Shown one piece after another: positions 27,143 through 39,954 of a stretch of 64,000 nucleotides of DNA. The notes under the pieces were generated by a model. The model saw only the letters and a program-made list of their open reading frames with translations. It was not told the origin of the DNA and ran no database searches. The stretch's first letter is position 1. Each line of letters opens with the position of its first letter. Source of the stretch: Vicugna vicugna (lineage: Eukaryota); NCBI GenBank assembly GCA_013265495.1, contig MU058423.1, positions 9,533,627 to 9,597,626 on the forward strand. The letters run 5' to 3'. Both the position numbers and the translations under genes were made by a program.

Positions 27143-29395
27143 TAGCCATAGAATTAATCTTTCCTGCAACATGATGTATTTACAGTAAGAAGAATAGTGG
27201 GCTTGGAATTATTTTGCATTAATAACTTCTTGATTTTAGGTAAGCTTACTTAAATTTTCTAAGCCTCAGATTTCTTATGGTATTTAAAATGGAGTTAATA
27301 ATTTTACTTTGCTGTAAAACAATTATTAGTAAACTTTTGGAAAAAAAGCTTGAAAAATATATTCTGTTTGAATCATTCATCAAACAGTGTCTTGAACAGA
27401 GGAGTTAACTGAATTACACTGGAATGAGTTTAATGTAATTTAATTTACAGTGACTGGAGAATCTTTGTTTTTTGTTTTTTTTTTTCAAGTCCTCAGATTT
27501 TGAGATCCTTAGCCAATCAGAGAATCCTGACACATACATTTTAATTGGATTTAGTTAGGCATAAGCGAGAACAGAATTATCAAAAAGAGTGACCTAAACT
27601 ATCTCTCTTTCCTCACTTGACCTATAAAATCGTCTCTTGGCGATTGAGACTTCGGCCTTCAGCAGATTCCTTGAGCTGCCCAGTGTCAGCTGATACCAGC
27701 AATTATGTGCAAGGAGACTTATCGGCAGTGACAATGACATTAATGCCTGTGGAGTCAAAGCAAGCCACAGGCATATGGAAGCGTGTGCTATCTTTTCCCT
27801 TTAAGCAGTTTCCTCTCTGAATGAGAAGAATATGCCTATATACTACTGCTTCTAGAAAAAAAAATTTTTTTTCCAAAACCCAAAGATTTTTCTACCCATG
27901 AGGGTAGACATTGGAACGGCACGCAGTCCCTGGGGGTGAGCGCTGCCTCTCGTCTGTGCCTGTTATGGACCTGAAGTGTGTTAAGGACCCTGGACGCTTT
28001 AGCTTGGGTCTGTCGGGGCTACATTAGTCACACAGGAGGAGATCACCAACCTGCTGGTAACTCGTTATTTGAAAATATGTATTTCACAATGCTCCGGCAG
28101 AAATATAAAATCCAGCCTCACCATAGGAGCATAGAGATTGGGCTTTTTTCACTCTCTCAATGATTTTATTCAGAGAAGGATTATCTTTTCTTTGTTTCAA
28201 GCTGCAGTGATTCGGCAAATGTGTAGGCTGCCTGAAGGAGGGGGTTGAAACAGAGGGAGAGGGAGCTGGGAGGGAGAGGCACGTTGAGCTGGCACGTGGT
28301 GTTACTGAACAGACTTAAAGGTATTTTAATCATAGGCCTTTAGTGCTATTTTAGAACCTGTGTGTGGCTTCCCAGCATATCCCCTCCCTTCTGCTCCAGC
28401 TGCTGAGACACACGCAAACGAACACAGTGCATTTAAGGATCCTGCATTTTTGATCCCAAGAGCTGAGAACGAGCAAGTTTGCAAAACCACGTGCCTAGAA
28501 CAGTGCTCCTGTGATTACAGCTCCGCCTTTGCATTGACGGGGCTTCAAGAGCCCGTGACAAGCAGCTACCTGTGCAGGTTCAGGCTTATTGATTTGCTGC
28601 TGCCTTATTTCCCCTGAAATACGCCTCTCTGTTCATGCCACCCTGGTTTCTAGTCCACCCTGTAATTTGTGCAAAAGAAAAGTATCAGACGTGCCTGCTT
28701 AAACATATTGGCATTTTGCAGAAGAGAACAGATTGGCCCTGTTTTCTTTCTGCAGTCAGTTTGAAGTACTTGAACCTTCCTAACAGCTGTGAGACAATAT
28801 TTATTCTCAATCAGCAACTGATTTCATGAATCTGACACTATGTCATGTATGTGACTGTTTATTAAGCCAAGCAGAGCTGCCTGTGTGATGAGGCAGAACT
28901 TCAGCAGGAGATCAAGAGTGCACCGAGAGGGAGCTTTGGGATCGTGGAATGAATGGGTTGGACTCTATTCTAGGAATCTAACAAAATGGTTCAGGAGGAG
29001 GCCAAGGATTTCTGTTTCCAGGAAGGCCAGTCAGACTCACTGGCAGAAGGAATGTTTGTAGAGTTTTACCTGATGATGGTGGTGGTGGGGGTGTGTGTTT
29101 GGGGCTCAGAGTTAGTGCAACAGAAAACTCTTGGGAGGATGCTTAGGAAGTAGCCATTGGTGTGTGAATTTCACAGGGTGTCATAAATTTCACAACTTCT
29201 GCTTGTTTTTATGTTATTGCTAAGGAGCCATAGAGAAGGGTTTAGATAATGCACCTTTGGAGTGTGTGCATAGAATCACTTTGGGAGCTTATTAAAAATG
29301 CAGAATCCTGTTTGCATTCTCTAGACTTTCTTGCTTAGATGGTCCAGGGTGGAGCTAAGGAATTTGCATTTGAAACAATCACCACAGGAAATTCT

Positions 29396-30916
29396 TTAAA
29401 AAAATTTTTATTGAAGTATAGTTGATTGGCAATGTGTTAGTTTCTGGTGTACAGCAAAGTGATTCAGCTTTATACATACATACCACATCTTCTTTATCCA
29501 GTCATCTATCAATGCACATTTAGGTTGCTTCCTTGTTTGGGCTATTGTAAATAGTGCTACTATGAACACAGGGTGTATATGTCTTTTTGACTTTGAGTTT
29601 TCTCCAGATATATGCCCAAAAGTGGGATTGTTGGATCATTTGATAACTCTATTTTTATTTTTTTAAGGAACCTCCATACTGTCCTCCATAGCAGCTGCAC
29701 CAATTTGCATTCCCATCAACAGTGTAGGGGGGGTTCCTTTTTCTCCACACCCTCTCCAGCATTTATTATTTGTAGACGTTTTAATGATGGCATTGTGACT
29801 GGTATGAGGTGATACTTCATTGTAGTTTTAGTTCACATTTCTCTAATAATTAACAATGTTGAGCATCTTTTCATGTCCCTGTTGATCATCTATATGGTTT
29901 TTTTTATATTTTTTATTGATTCATAATCGTTTTACAGTGTTGTGTCAAATTCCAGTGTTCAGCACAATTTTTCAGGCATTCATGGACATATACACACTCC
30001 TTGTCACATTTTTTTCTCTGTGATTTATCATAACATTTTGTGTATATTTCCCTGTGCTATCCAGTGTAATCTTGTTTATCTATTCTACAATTTTGAAATC
30101 CCAGTCTATCCCTTCCCACCCTCTACCCCCCCCAGTAACCACAAGTCTGTATTCTCTGTCCATGAGTCTATTTCTGTCCTGTATTTATGCTTTGTTTTTT
30201 AGATTCCACATATGAGCGACCTCATATGGTATTTTTCTTTCTCTTTCTGGCTTACTTCACTTAGAATGACATTCTCTAGGATCATCCATGTTGCTGCAAA
30301 TGGCGTTATGTTGTCGGTTTTTATGGCTGAGTAGTATTCCATTGTATAAATATACCACATCTTCTTTATCCATCTATATGTTTTATTTGGAGAAATATCT
30401 ATTTAGATCTTCTGCCCATTTTTTGATTGGGTCTTTTTTTGTTTGTTTGTTTGTTTGTTTGTTATCGAGTTGTATGAGCTGCTTGTATATTTTGGAAATT
30501 AATCCCTTGTTGGTCACATCATTTGCAAGTATTTTCTCCCATTCTACACGTTGTCTTTTTATTTTGTTTATGGTTTCCTTTGCTGCACAAAAGATTATAA
30601 GTTTGATTAGGTCCCATTTGTTTGTTTTTGCTTTTATTTCAATTGTCGTGGGAGACTGACATAAGAAAATATTGCTATGATACGTCAGAGAGTGTTTTGC
30701 CTGTGTTCTTTTCTAAGAGTTTTATGGTGTCATGCCTTATATTTAAGCCTTTAAGCCATTTTAAGTTAATTTTGTATATGGTGTGTAGGTGTGTTCTGAC
30801 TTCATTGATTTACATGCAGCTGTCCAGCTTTCCCACCACCACTTGCTGAAGAGACCATCTTTTCTCCATTGTATATTCTTCCCTCCTTTGTTGAAGACTA
30901 ATTGATCAAAGGTGTG
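29396..30916 (-). mobile_element. 5'-truncated L1 (3' UTR plus ORF2 C-terminus) with 17-bp TSD
   Basis: Antisense L1 motifs such as aacctccatactgtcctccatagcagctgcaccaatttgcattcccatcaacagtg; TSD tcaccacaggaaattct 29379-29395 / tcaccgcaggtaattct 30917-30933. Confidence 0.92.
29897..30370 (-). mobile_element. Younger L1 3' UTR nested in the L1 above, 10-bp TSD
   Basis: PolyT tail then tttacagtgttgtgtcaaattccagtgttcagcac...tagattccacatatgagcga...; TSD CATCTATATG at 29887-29896 and 30371-30380. Confidence 0.9.
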
Positions 30917-31299
30917 TCACCGCAGGTAATTCTGGTGCACGTAATTTAAGCAAAACCATTTAAAATTTCAAAAGGAGCATAAGGAATCTAGTATTCTTGT
31001 TGCCCAAGATTAAAACTCATCACCAGTCCACAAATATTCAATAGTAAAATCAAGGAGCAAAATCAACTGTTATATTATTGTGTAATTTGATTGCAAGTGA
31101 TGGGAAAGTAATTAACAATTTTTAGTTCTTAATATACATCGGATGATTGAAACAAAATAAGTTTTATTTAATCTTTAATATAGCTCAGTAAGTCAGTTAA
31201 TGTTACCTCATTTTGCAGGTGGTAAAGTAGGCCCAGAGCTGTTGAGTACCTTGTCCAAAATGACATATTTAGAAACTATCAGGGCCCTTTAGGCTCTTC

Positions 31300-32795
31300 A
31301 CTCTCCCTGTTATGCTTAGAGAGGTTTACCTACCGTGGCTTCCATCACAAAGTCTACATCAACAAATCTGAAATCTGTGCCTGCAGCCTGGATCTCTCTT
31401 GTGTTCTCCAGCCATCTTTCCAATGACCTGTTTGACATCCTTGCCTAGATGTTTATCAATCAGCACAAGTTCTACATATTCTTAATTTTACTTGCTCTTT
31501 TCCTCCTCATATCTATTTCTCCTCTACTATCCTGGAGCTCACCCAGTAGATCCTACCATCTACTTATTGATCCAAGTCCAGAATCACGGAGTTCTTTTGA
31601 CTGAAACATCTAAATACCTCTTGATCCTACGTCTTGGCTGTGCTCACGGTTAACATGATAATTCAGGCCAGCTTCCTCTCTTGCAGTTGTATCAGTTGGT
31701 GTTTGCTGCATAACGCAAATTTCCCCATAACCTAGTGGCTTGAAATAGAGATCATCTTACTTAAATCATATTTATGTGGGTCAGCCACATAGTGCTTTGG
31801 GTCTGGACCAGTTTGGCTAATCTCTGTTGGACTTTCTCTTGTGTCCGTGATCTACTGGTGAGTTGCCTGGTGGCTTAATGACCCACCACGGCCCCACTCA
31901 CACATCCAGTGGTGGGTGGGTTGTCAGCTGACAGCTGGATGGTTCTTGGCTAGGATGCCGAGGTTCTTCTCCCTGTGGCCGCTCATTCTCTAGCAGGCGA
32001 GCTTGGGCTCATCCAGGTGGCAGTGTCAGGATTCCAAGTGCAGTAAGAGAGAACAACCCCAGAAAACAAGAACTTTTCAAGTCTTGGTTTGCATTATATT
32101 TGTTAATGTCATCCAAAGTCACTGAGTCACTATGACAAGGCACTATCAAAAGCTGTGGATAGAGGGACAGGAATATTTTATATCCATTTTTGCAACCAAT
32201 TACACTGCGACTTTATAATAGACTCTTAATAGTTTCATTACCCTCATTCTTCCCCTTCCACTCCCCTTTTCATACACCAGTCAGTGACAGTCTGTCAGGC
32301 CACTACTCTGCTTAAAATTTCACCGGCATGCCATGGCTCTGAATGTTCTAAAGTCCTAGCTCCTTAACGTGACTTACAGGGTGCAGGATTTTTATTCTAC
32401 CTCTTCGGGCTTTGACTCTCTGCCTATTATATTCTTAATTTCTCCTGGTTACTCAGATAGCCAGATTTAGTCTCCCTTAGTCAAAGGGAACACGCTGCAG
32501 TACGCGCCTTCTCTCTCTCGACCTGAGAAGCTCTTCCTCATTTTCCTCTCTTCCTTCCCCTGTTTTGCCAAACTAATATATTAATCCATTCATCTGAGCC
32601 TAAATATCCCTTCTTCAGGCCTCTCTTTGCTCCTTTGAATATTAGCACTTACGCTTTATTGCAGTTATGTGCTCAAAGTGTGGCTTCCCTCTGAGAATGC
32701 AAGCTTTGTGAAGTCAGGGACTGTGTCTGCTCCACCCAGTACTGAACCTCTGACATGTAACACAGTGCCCGGTACGTAACAGGTGCTCCGTGTGA
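31300..32795 (+). mobile_element. L2 LINE interrupted by an MLT1 LTR
   Basis: acctgtttgacatccttgcctagatgt... continues after the LTR to the 3' end cacagtgcccggtacgtaacaggtgctc. Confidence 0.7.
31688..32204 (-). mobile_element. MLT1G/H-like solo LTR
   Basis: TGtatcagttggtgtttgctgcataac...tagtggcttgaaa...ctagcaggcgagcttgggctc...ccatttttgcaaccaattaCA. Confidence 0.75.
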
Positions 32796-32952
32796 AAGAG
32801 CAGACACCCCTGACTGGCCTGATTTCAGGACTCTTCTTACTGTGGCACACTGCAGCTGACACTCATTTGCTGATCTTTTTCTTTTGCTTATATATTTAAT
32901 TTATTTTGTGTGCATGGACTAAAACTGATTTTAGTGATATAAGGAGAAGATA

Positions 32953-32971
32953 AATATATATATATATTTAC

Positions 32972-33013
<42 letters not shown>

Positions 33014-33026
33014 GTGTTATATATAT
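32953..33026. repeat. (TA)n microsatellite, interrupted
   Basis: Direct inspection. Confidence 0.95.
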
Positions 33027-33028
33027 TG

Positions 33029-33254
33029 CAGTTGACCTTGAACAGTGTGAGTCTGAACTGTGTAGGTCCACTTACACATGGATTGTTTTCTGTGATAAAT
33101 ACTGCAGTGATTTGTGGTTGGTTGAATCTGTGGATGCAGAACTGCAGATATGTAGGAACTGTGTACGTATGGAGGGCCAACTGTTAAGTTATGCATATTT
33201 TGGACTGCATGGAGAGTCAGCGCCCCAACCCCTCTACTGTTCAAGGGTCAACTG
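33029..33254. mobile_element. Tigger1-derived MITE (Tigger1a_Art-like, TcMar)
   Basis: TIRs cagttgaccttgaaca / tgttcaagggtcaactg, TA on the right flank, internal ggttgaatctgtggatgcagaac. Confidence 0.88.
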
Positions 33255-34014
33255 TATATTTTTAGTAAATTTAGTAAATTCACATTGTTTCTTGTTCAGA
33301 GGTCAAGTGCAAATGACATTATATGTCAATGTATTTTTCTTGCATCCCAACCTCTTGAGAGAGAAAAATAACAGTGATTTAAGGTGAAAAGGTTTGGAGC
33401 CTTCCAAAGGGAGCTTTGACAGTTGCAGCGGTCTGAGAGCAGTCTCACCTACGTGGCCTGAGCTGTGGTCTGATGCTCCTGGACATTTTGCTGGTAGAAG
33501 ATTGACCAAGGTCTGCTGTGTGGAGGCCAGTCAACTCTGGAGGCCATTCTAAAAGTCATGGAAAACCTGCTTGGGAAATAAAGTTCCAAGGCCTGACTTC
33601 CATGACTTGTGTCATTTCAGAAGTGTAGCCTGTGACCCGTACCATTTGTGTCAGGTGAAACTGCCACAGTGAAGCTCATAGTAGCTCATCTCTGTTCCTA
33701 TAAAGAAAGAACAGAAAGACATTTTCAGAAATCTTCTCCGGATACTAGGAAAAAAATGTCAAATCAAATCATTCTTCTTAAATCAAAATTATCTTAACTG
33801 CCAAGGAAAATTGTCATGTATAATTTATATAAATCTATTTACTTGGAAACCTACAGAGTGTTTCATAGCCTCTCCCTATACCCGTTACCTTCCAGGTTTC
33901 TCAGCTTTCCAATCTATGAAATGGAGACATTCATAATCTTATACTACATAAGATTGCTATAGAGCTAAGATGAGAGAGTATTTTTGAAACAACTTTGTGT
34001 AAGATAAAGTGCTA

Positions 34015-34290
34015 GTCATTCATCAAACATTTCTTGACTACATACATTTCAGACCTTGTGGTAGGCCCAAGGGAGGGATATACAAATGAGTGAGGGACCT
34101 TGTTCTGATTGAGCGCACAACTGAGGGATAAAACAAGATCATAATACAAGATGAATAAAACGGTAGTGTCACAGATGGGGCAGCAATTAATTCTGTCTGG
34201 AGTGTTCACAGAAGAGGAGATATTTGATGTGGGCTTGGAAGGATGGGTAAGATTTCACCAGAGGGAGAAGACAGGAAGGGCATTCTAGTC
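34015..34290 (-). mobile_element. L2 3' end
   Basis: cattcatcaaacatttcttga...gggcttggaaggatgggtaagattt...aggaagggcattctag. Confidence 0.7.
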
Positions 34291-34924
34291 TGGTGTCTAC
34301 CGGTGATCTGTAACAGGACATCACTCTGTCTTTAAAACAGTGCTAAGTGGCAGGAAGATACCCAGAAGGCATATAAAAGGGGTATAACTGTGAGCCTTAT
34401 TTATTTATTTTTGGATTAGGAGAAGACAAGCTAAGGTCATAAAACAAAGCAGCATCAAGGACAACTGAAGCACAGCAAGAAGAAATAAAAGTTCAGCGGG
34501 GGAGCAAGTAAGCTGTGACTTTCTCTGTTTGCCCTGAAAGTGCATGAGAGCTTTGAGGCCACCGCCCGCACCTGCATGAATCGGAAGAGGATGCGCCTTC
34601 CTTCCTTAATGATCAGGCAAGTGAGCGTGTCAACCTAGAGAGTAAAAATCAAATCGAAAGTGACTAACAGTGTTTGGTCAAGGGTACATTCGAATGCCTT
34701 TTACAAAACGACTTCAACAGCAATTCATGAGCGAAGCAGAAAGATAGGAGATTAGCTGAGTTCTAATTGGAATTATTATCAGCGCTTTGTGTCATAGGTG
34801 TAAGGGCTCATTCCTCCTTTGTACTCTCATAGCCCTTTTGCCAGGGGACTTCGGAGACCGAGAGTATTCTGATTTAGCTTTAAAGGTAGAAATCTGGCAA
34901 GACCAATTCAAGAAAAAACAGCCA

Positions 34925-35064
34925 TTTTTTTATATTACTTAATTATTTTTTATTTTGGGGGGGAGGTAACTAGGTTTATTTATCTTTAGAGATACTGGGG
35001 ATTGAACCCAGGACCTTGTGCAAGCTAGGCATGTGCCCTACCACTTGAGCTATGTACCGTCCCC
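34925..35064 (-). mobile_element. tRNA-derived camelid SINE (vic-1 type) with 10-bp TSD
   Basis: Minus strand reads GGGGACGGTACATAGCTCAAGTGGTAGGGCACATGCCTAGCTTGCACAAGGTCCTGGGTTCAATCCCCAGTATCTC...AATAAACCTAGTTACCTCCCCCCC plus an A-rich tail, with A and B boxes; TSD AAAACAGCCA at 34915-34924 and 35065-35074. Confidence 0.9.
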
Positions 35065-35169
35065 AAAACAGCCAAATATTTTAAAGGTAAAGAATTCAAA
35101 ATCTCAAGGGAAACATGTATACATACACAAAGCTCATTTCCCACTTTTGGACATATTAAGTTAAAGATT

Positions 35170-35297
35170 AGATATTTTATTTAAATGATCCAGAAGGATG
35201 CCACTGAAAGTGAAAGGGAGTGTGATTTATAATTGTCACCAGGACAACAGGTGCAAACCTGGATTGTCTTGGGCAAGCTGGATGTATGGTGACCTTA
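35170..35297. mobile_element. MER94-like hAT-Blackjack MITE
   Basis: Reverse complement reads taaggtcaccatacatccagcttgcccaagacaatccaggtttgcacctgttgtcctgg...ccctttcactttca. Confidence 0.7.
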
Positions 35298-35449
35298 GTC
35301 ATGGAAACCATACAGTTAACCTTTGTTAAACAGGATAAAGTAAATGCTTTTATTCCCTTCAAGGAGTTCTGGGGCTTCTGGTTTTGAAACACCAGAAGTT
35401 TGGTTTAGACAGAATTTATTATCTAGATGGGGATTGAGTGGGATAAGGA

Positions 35450-35660
35450 CCAGTGTATAACATGTGGTTAAGAGCTTTGATTACTTTCAGATCCTGGCTA
35501 ATTAACCGTGTGACCTTGGGCATGTTGCTTAACCTCTCTGTGACTCAATTTCCTCATCAGTAAATTAAGGATAATAATTATGCGAATTAAATGAAGTAAT
35601 ATACAGAAAGTGCTTTTACAAGAGTGGTTCACAGGATCATAGAAATGTCTAGTATTTTTA
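35450..35660 (+). mobile_element. MIR
   Basis: gtggttaagagc...tgtgaccttgggcatgttgcttaacctctctgtgactcaatttcctcatc. Confidence 0.85.
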
Positions 35661-36079
35661 TGATATCCCCAATTTATTGATTGCAAAAAAAAATCAGAAA
35701 ACAAAAGGAACAAATGAACAAATTATGTTCAGGGTTAACCTGATATTTAGGTTCACTTTAGTCAAAAAGTGATCCAGGATAGAGAGCTGGAAACTTGGAT
35801 CTCTCCAGGAGGAAGTACTTCCCAGTGTTCTCTGAAAGTGAGTGGAGGGGAGAAGATGGTCTGACCAAGACCTTCTTTTATTGGTTTAAAGTCTCTGCGG
35901 TGTCCAGTGCTGGGTCTGATCTGTACCTGACTTGTCACTCGTAAGTTGTGTTGTCAAGACAAATGAGGTTTGAAAAAAACACTAGAAACAGCCAGAACAA
36001 CCGCAGCAAGTTCCCATATTTATATGCTTACATTTAAGTCTTGCCCATTAGGCTAAATCTTCTTCATTATTGTAAATAA

Positions 36080-36240
36080 AAATAATTGTAGCTACATTCT
36101 TGAGCATTTACTAGCTGGCAAGCCCCGCCCTAAATGCTTCATATGAATTAACTCATGTAATACCTAAAATAAATATTTGAGTTAAGCACTATGACTATCA
36201 CCATTTTGCAGATGAAGATACTGAGGAACAGAGGAATTAA
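36080..36240 (-). mobile_element. MIR
   Basis: ttgagcatttacta...attaactcat...ccattttgcagatgaagatactgagg. Confidence 0.75.
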
Positions 36241-37334
36241 GAATTTATTCATTTTGGCGTTTCATTATGCCAGATACATAACTGGCATCTAATAAGTATT
36301 GAATCAATTTCCTTCTAAGTTTATTAATATTTTCTAGTGGAACCCACTTACATCGTTGATTTTATTCAGTAGGAAGAAACTTGGCAATCTATTTGGAGGA
36401 AAAAACATTTACAACTGCCTTGTTATCCTTGCATCTATTTGTCCTTGATATTTTGATCTCATCATTATGAACATTTCAAACAACATTTCAAGTACGTACC
36501 ATCGTAGAAGTGTTAAATGAGATTTTAAATTATGGAAATCAGCCCGACAAATGAATAAGGACAATTTTTAATAAATCATTTATATTTGGCTTTGGAAAGC
36601 ATTATTGTGGACGTTTTTTCCTCTAAGGATTTGATTTCCTAATTATGTTTACCTCCGGACAAAACTGTAACTGCTTGCTTGCATTTTCTGAGCAAACGCC
36701 AGCGGATAAGAGAAGGGGGCACTGCTGAGCAGTTCTGTCCGTGTCAGTAGGCCAGTCTGGGGTTAATGATGTGCTCTGAATTTTCCACATAGTGGAAAAC
36801 CATACAGAAAAATTCCCCCAGTGGTTAGTACGCCTGTGGTAAAATGCATGAGTACAGAAAGGATGCCAAGCAGAGAAGGAGGCGACAGGAAAGACAGCAG
36901 CAGAGAACCCAGGGGAGACAGCGCAGAGGAGCCATTAACGGCAATTGATCAGGGAAACAAATAGAGGATGCTAGTAAATTTTTATTCTCCTCTGTGGGGT
37001 ATTTTGCAAAGGTATTTTGTACCCTAAGTGGTTGGCTACAAAAGCAGACATCACAGGTTTAATGTTCTGGTCAGTTACAGAAAACAATAACAGGCAAGAA
37101 ACAGTATTCCCAAGGATATGATGATATCAATGTGTGTTTAGTTGCTGCATTTCAGATTTAAAGGGCCAGGCTCATGAAATGGATTATGGTTAGAGCAAAT
37201 GCTTCCCCAAATGCCAAAGGGGTGCGATGGCTTACCCCTGCTTCACTCTCGTCATGCCTCAGATTGATAACTGAAATCTGAGAACTGCCATAATCTTATC
37301 AGACTTGCATCTTTAATAAAAGCTATCATCCTTA

Positions 37335-37625
37335 ATGATCCATCCATTCAGTAAACACTCATTGAGTAGTAACCGTGGGCAGGCAAACAGCCTGGAGAGG
37401 GAGAGAAACACTAAAGCACTATTACAGCTCTCCCTGTAATTACAGCTATGTTAAATGCCATGCAGAAAAATTATATTGTTTCTCAGAACATTGTGCAGAA
37501 GGACCTATCCTAGACTGGTGTGTATGCTGGGAGAGGAAGTCGGTTAAGAGAAAATGTCCCATAAGTTACACATAAAGAGACTTGAATAAATAGAAATTGG
37601 CCAGGTGAAGGCAGTGGTGGAAAGA
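37335..37625 (-). mobile_element. L2 3' end
   Basis: catccattcagtaaacactcattgagt...gagacttgaataaatagaaattggccaggtgaag. Confidence 0.55.
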
Positions 37626-38969
37626 GGCAGAGTATTCATGACTGATCTTACTCTATTCTTTATATTTAAAGGGTTTTGTAACTTCAAAAACGTAGCCAGT
37701 CGACTATTTCTGGCGTGGCTGATTGGAGAGAATGTAATGGAAATTGGAAAAAATCACAAAATAACAATAGAGCACTAGGCTGTTGTATGTCTTTCTTCAA
37801 AACCGCTTCTCTCCACCCTGGAAAGCAGAGATATGTGGTAGAATTATAGAAGTGTCAGTGAATGGGTTGCCTTCTTTTTGGCCTTGAAGATGTCAGCGAG
37901 GGAGGATGAGTCTGGGTTGGGCGGAGGTGGCAGACCGTAACCGGGCGCTGGCAGATTGCTGTCCTCTGGGAAGCGCATCTTTATGGGCTAACAGGGATCT
38001 CCCCCTGGACAGACAGGCGAAGGCATAAAATGCCTCCCAAGTTTGGCAGATATAAAAAAACTCAGAGGGCAGATATACAAAAATCCATCTCCAAAGACAT
38101 TCTAAGGGGAATTCAGTGCAGTTCTAGAGCAAGGATTTTAAATCTAGACAACCTATTTATCACAATCATGTTGCTGATAATTTCAGGTGTTTATTTTTAT
38201 CAACACAGGAGGGAGAGGAGACAACTTTTTCTATGTTTAATGATGATTTTGTAAATCGCCTCAGAATATGTCTGACATTAAAAGTAAAAATGAGTTAAAA
38301 TCTCATGTTTTGAAAAAAAAAAAAGCTGCGTGGGAGGCAGTGCTGAGGCTGGGAGGTGTGAGACGAACGCTCTCACGACGTTCACAGCCCCCGCCATCAC
38401 ACGGTGCAAGTTCTCGGGGAGGGAGGTCTTTGGCAGCAGCAGTGGCATCTTTAATCACATTTTCCTAAGAGCAGAAGATTTCATGTTCAAGTTTTTTATT
38501 CACATTAAGATTTGAAGAATTGCTCTTTAATTATGGAAATGTCAAAATATATTTCTGTAGTATCCTTTCAGAAAACAGATTCCCCGAGGAATAATTTAAT
38601 GATAGGAAGGCGCTGGCTCATTATGCACTCAGCTAGGAACATGTGTGTGTTTCTGTGTGAACCCCAGATAGGAATATGCATTAAATTATTCTATTTTCAG
38701 GTGGATTAAATGAGCAAATCCCACAAGGGTAGTCCTCCTGTGAGAATTATGACTATACTGAGAGTTCATTGTCAAGTACAGATTTGAAATCGAAGGAGCC
38801 AAACATAATAGTTCCTCTGTCAGCTCTTGCTTATTAGGGTGAAAATTACTCTTTAATGCTAAACGGACTTCCCATGGCCAATAACATCACTTCATCAGGG
38901 AGTCCAGATTACTTGAGTTTTCTGCTATATGCCAGCTGGATGCTGAAGGAGATAGGAGAGTTTCCTAGT

Positions 38970-39120
38970 AATGGTAATAATGATAGTTCATATTTATTAA
39001 GCACTGTCTATGTGCCAGGTGATATTCTAAATGCTCTCCATGTTTTGTCTCATTGACTCCTAAAAAATCCCCTGTGAAATACAAATTACTCTTATTTTCA
39101 CTTCATAGATCAGAGAAAGG
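38970..39120 (-). mobile_element. MIR
   Basis: atatttattaagcactgtctatgtgccagg...tctcattgactcct...ccctgtgaaat. Confidence 0.75.
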
Positions 39121-39954
39121 GAAATTGTAAAAACCAGCCCGTCCCACATCTGACAATTATGATCAGACTGGCAATCTAACTTCTCCACAAAATGTTACAT
39201 CAGAAGTGAAACATATTTTACTGGCTCTTTTATTTTAAAAAACATACTCAACTACAAATTTATCTTAATTCGTCCCTAGTCAAGTGTTTTCGTTTGCTTG
39301 TGACACAAAATTAAATGACAGTAGAAGCTAAACATTATTGATCAACACCTGTGGACCAGTCCTAGGATCTTATTCTTGCTTTCTCACTTTGGTATTGTCA
39401 ATTTGTCAGAAATGCTACCTTTTTTTCCCCTTTTTCTTGTCTCTTAGTGTGAGAAAGTCATGAATAGATCTTTAAGAAACTTCCTTAATAGGTACAGAGT
39501 ATGCAGCATGTATCAAATGTATTTAATCATGAACCCCTCATTCTGCACAGTAAATGTTTCCCAAAACACCCTTTGGTAAGTGCGTATTTTACCTCCTTTT
39601 CTTTTCTCAAATGACTGAAGTCTGGATTTTGTCTTCAAGACTTCCGTAATTTTAAATCCAAATGCTTCTTCTCAGATCACATCTTACAACTTCCTAGTAA
39701 GTGATTTTGAAGACCATTTCTGACCCTCTTGGAAATTCTCCTTTCTGGGTTTCCAGTTCACTGTTCCCTTCCAGTTTTCTTTCTTCTCCTCTGTCTTCTC
39801 TTCTGGGTGTCCTTTATTAACATGTCTTCATCTAATTATTTAATATTAATGCTCCCTAATGACCCATCCTTAACCGTCTTCTCTTCTATTCCAATGATGT
39901 AATTCCAGTTGTTTCACTTAGACTTCCACACTCACCCTTACTTTATTCATCTTC

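Larger units (their letters stand above)
29245..30960. mobile_element. MER5A-like MITE split by an L1 insertion
   Basis: Left part gcatagaatcactttgggagcttattaaaaatgcaga...ggaatttgcatttgaaacaa; right remnant ggtgcacgtaatttaagcaaaacca. Confidence 0.7.

Noticed and set aside
27743..27774. Hairpin ATGCCTGTGG-N12-CCACAGGCAT as miRNA or structured RNA
   Set aside because: The 10-bp stem is too short for a pre-miRNA, and about one such repeat is expected by chance in 64 kb.
34990..35064. tRNA gene
   Set aside because: The tRNA-like head is followed by a SINE body, an A-rich tail and TSDs, so it is a SINE.
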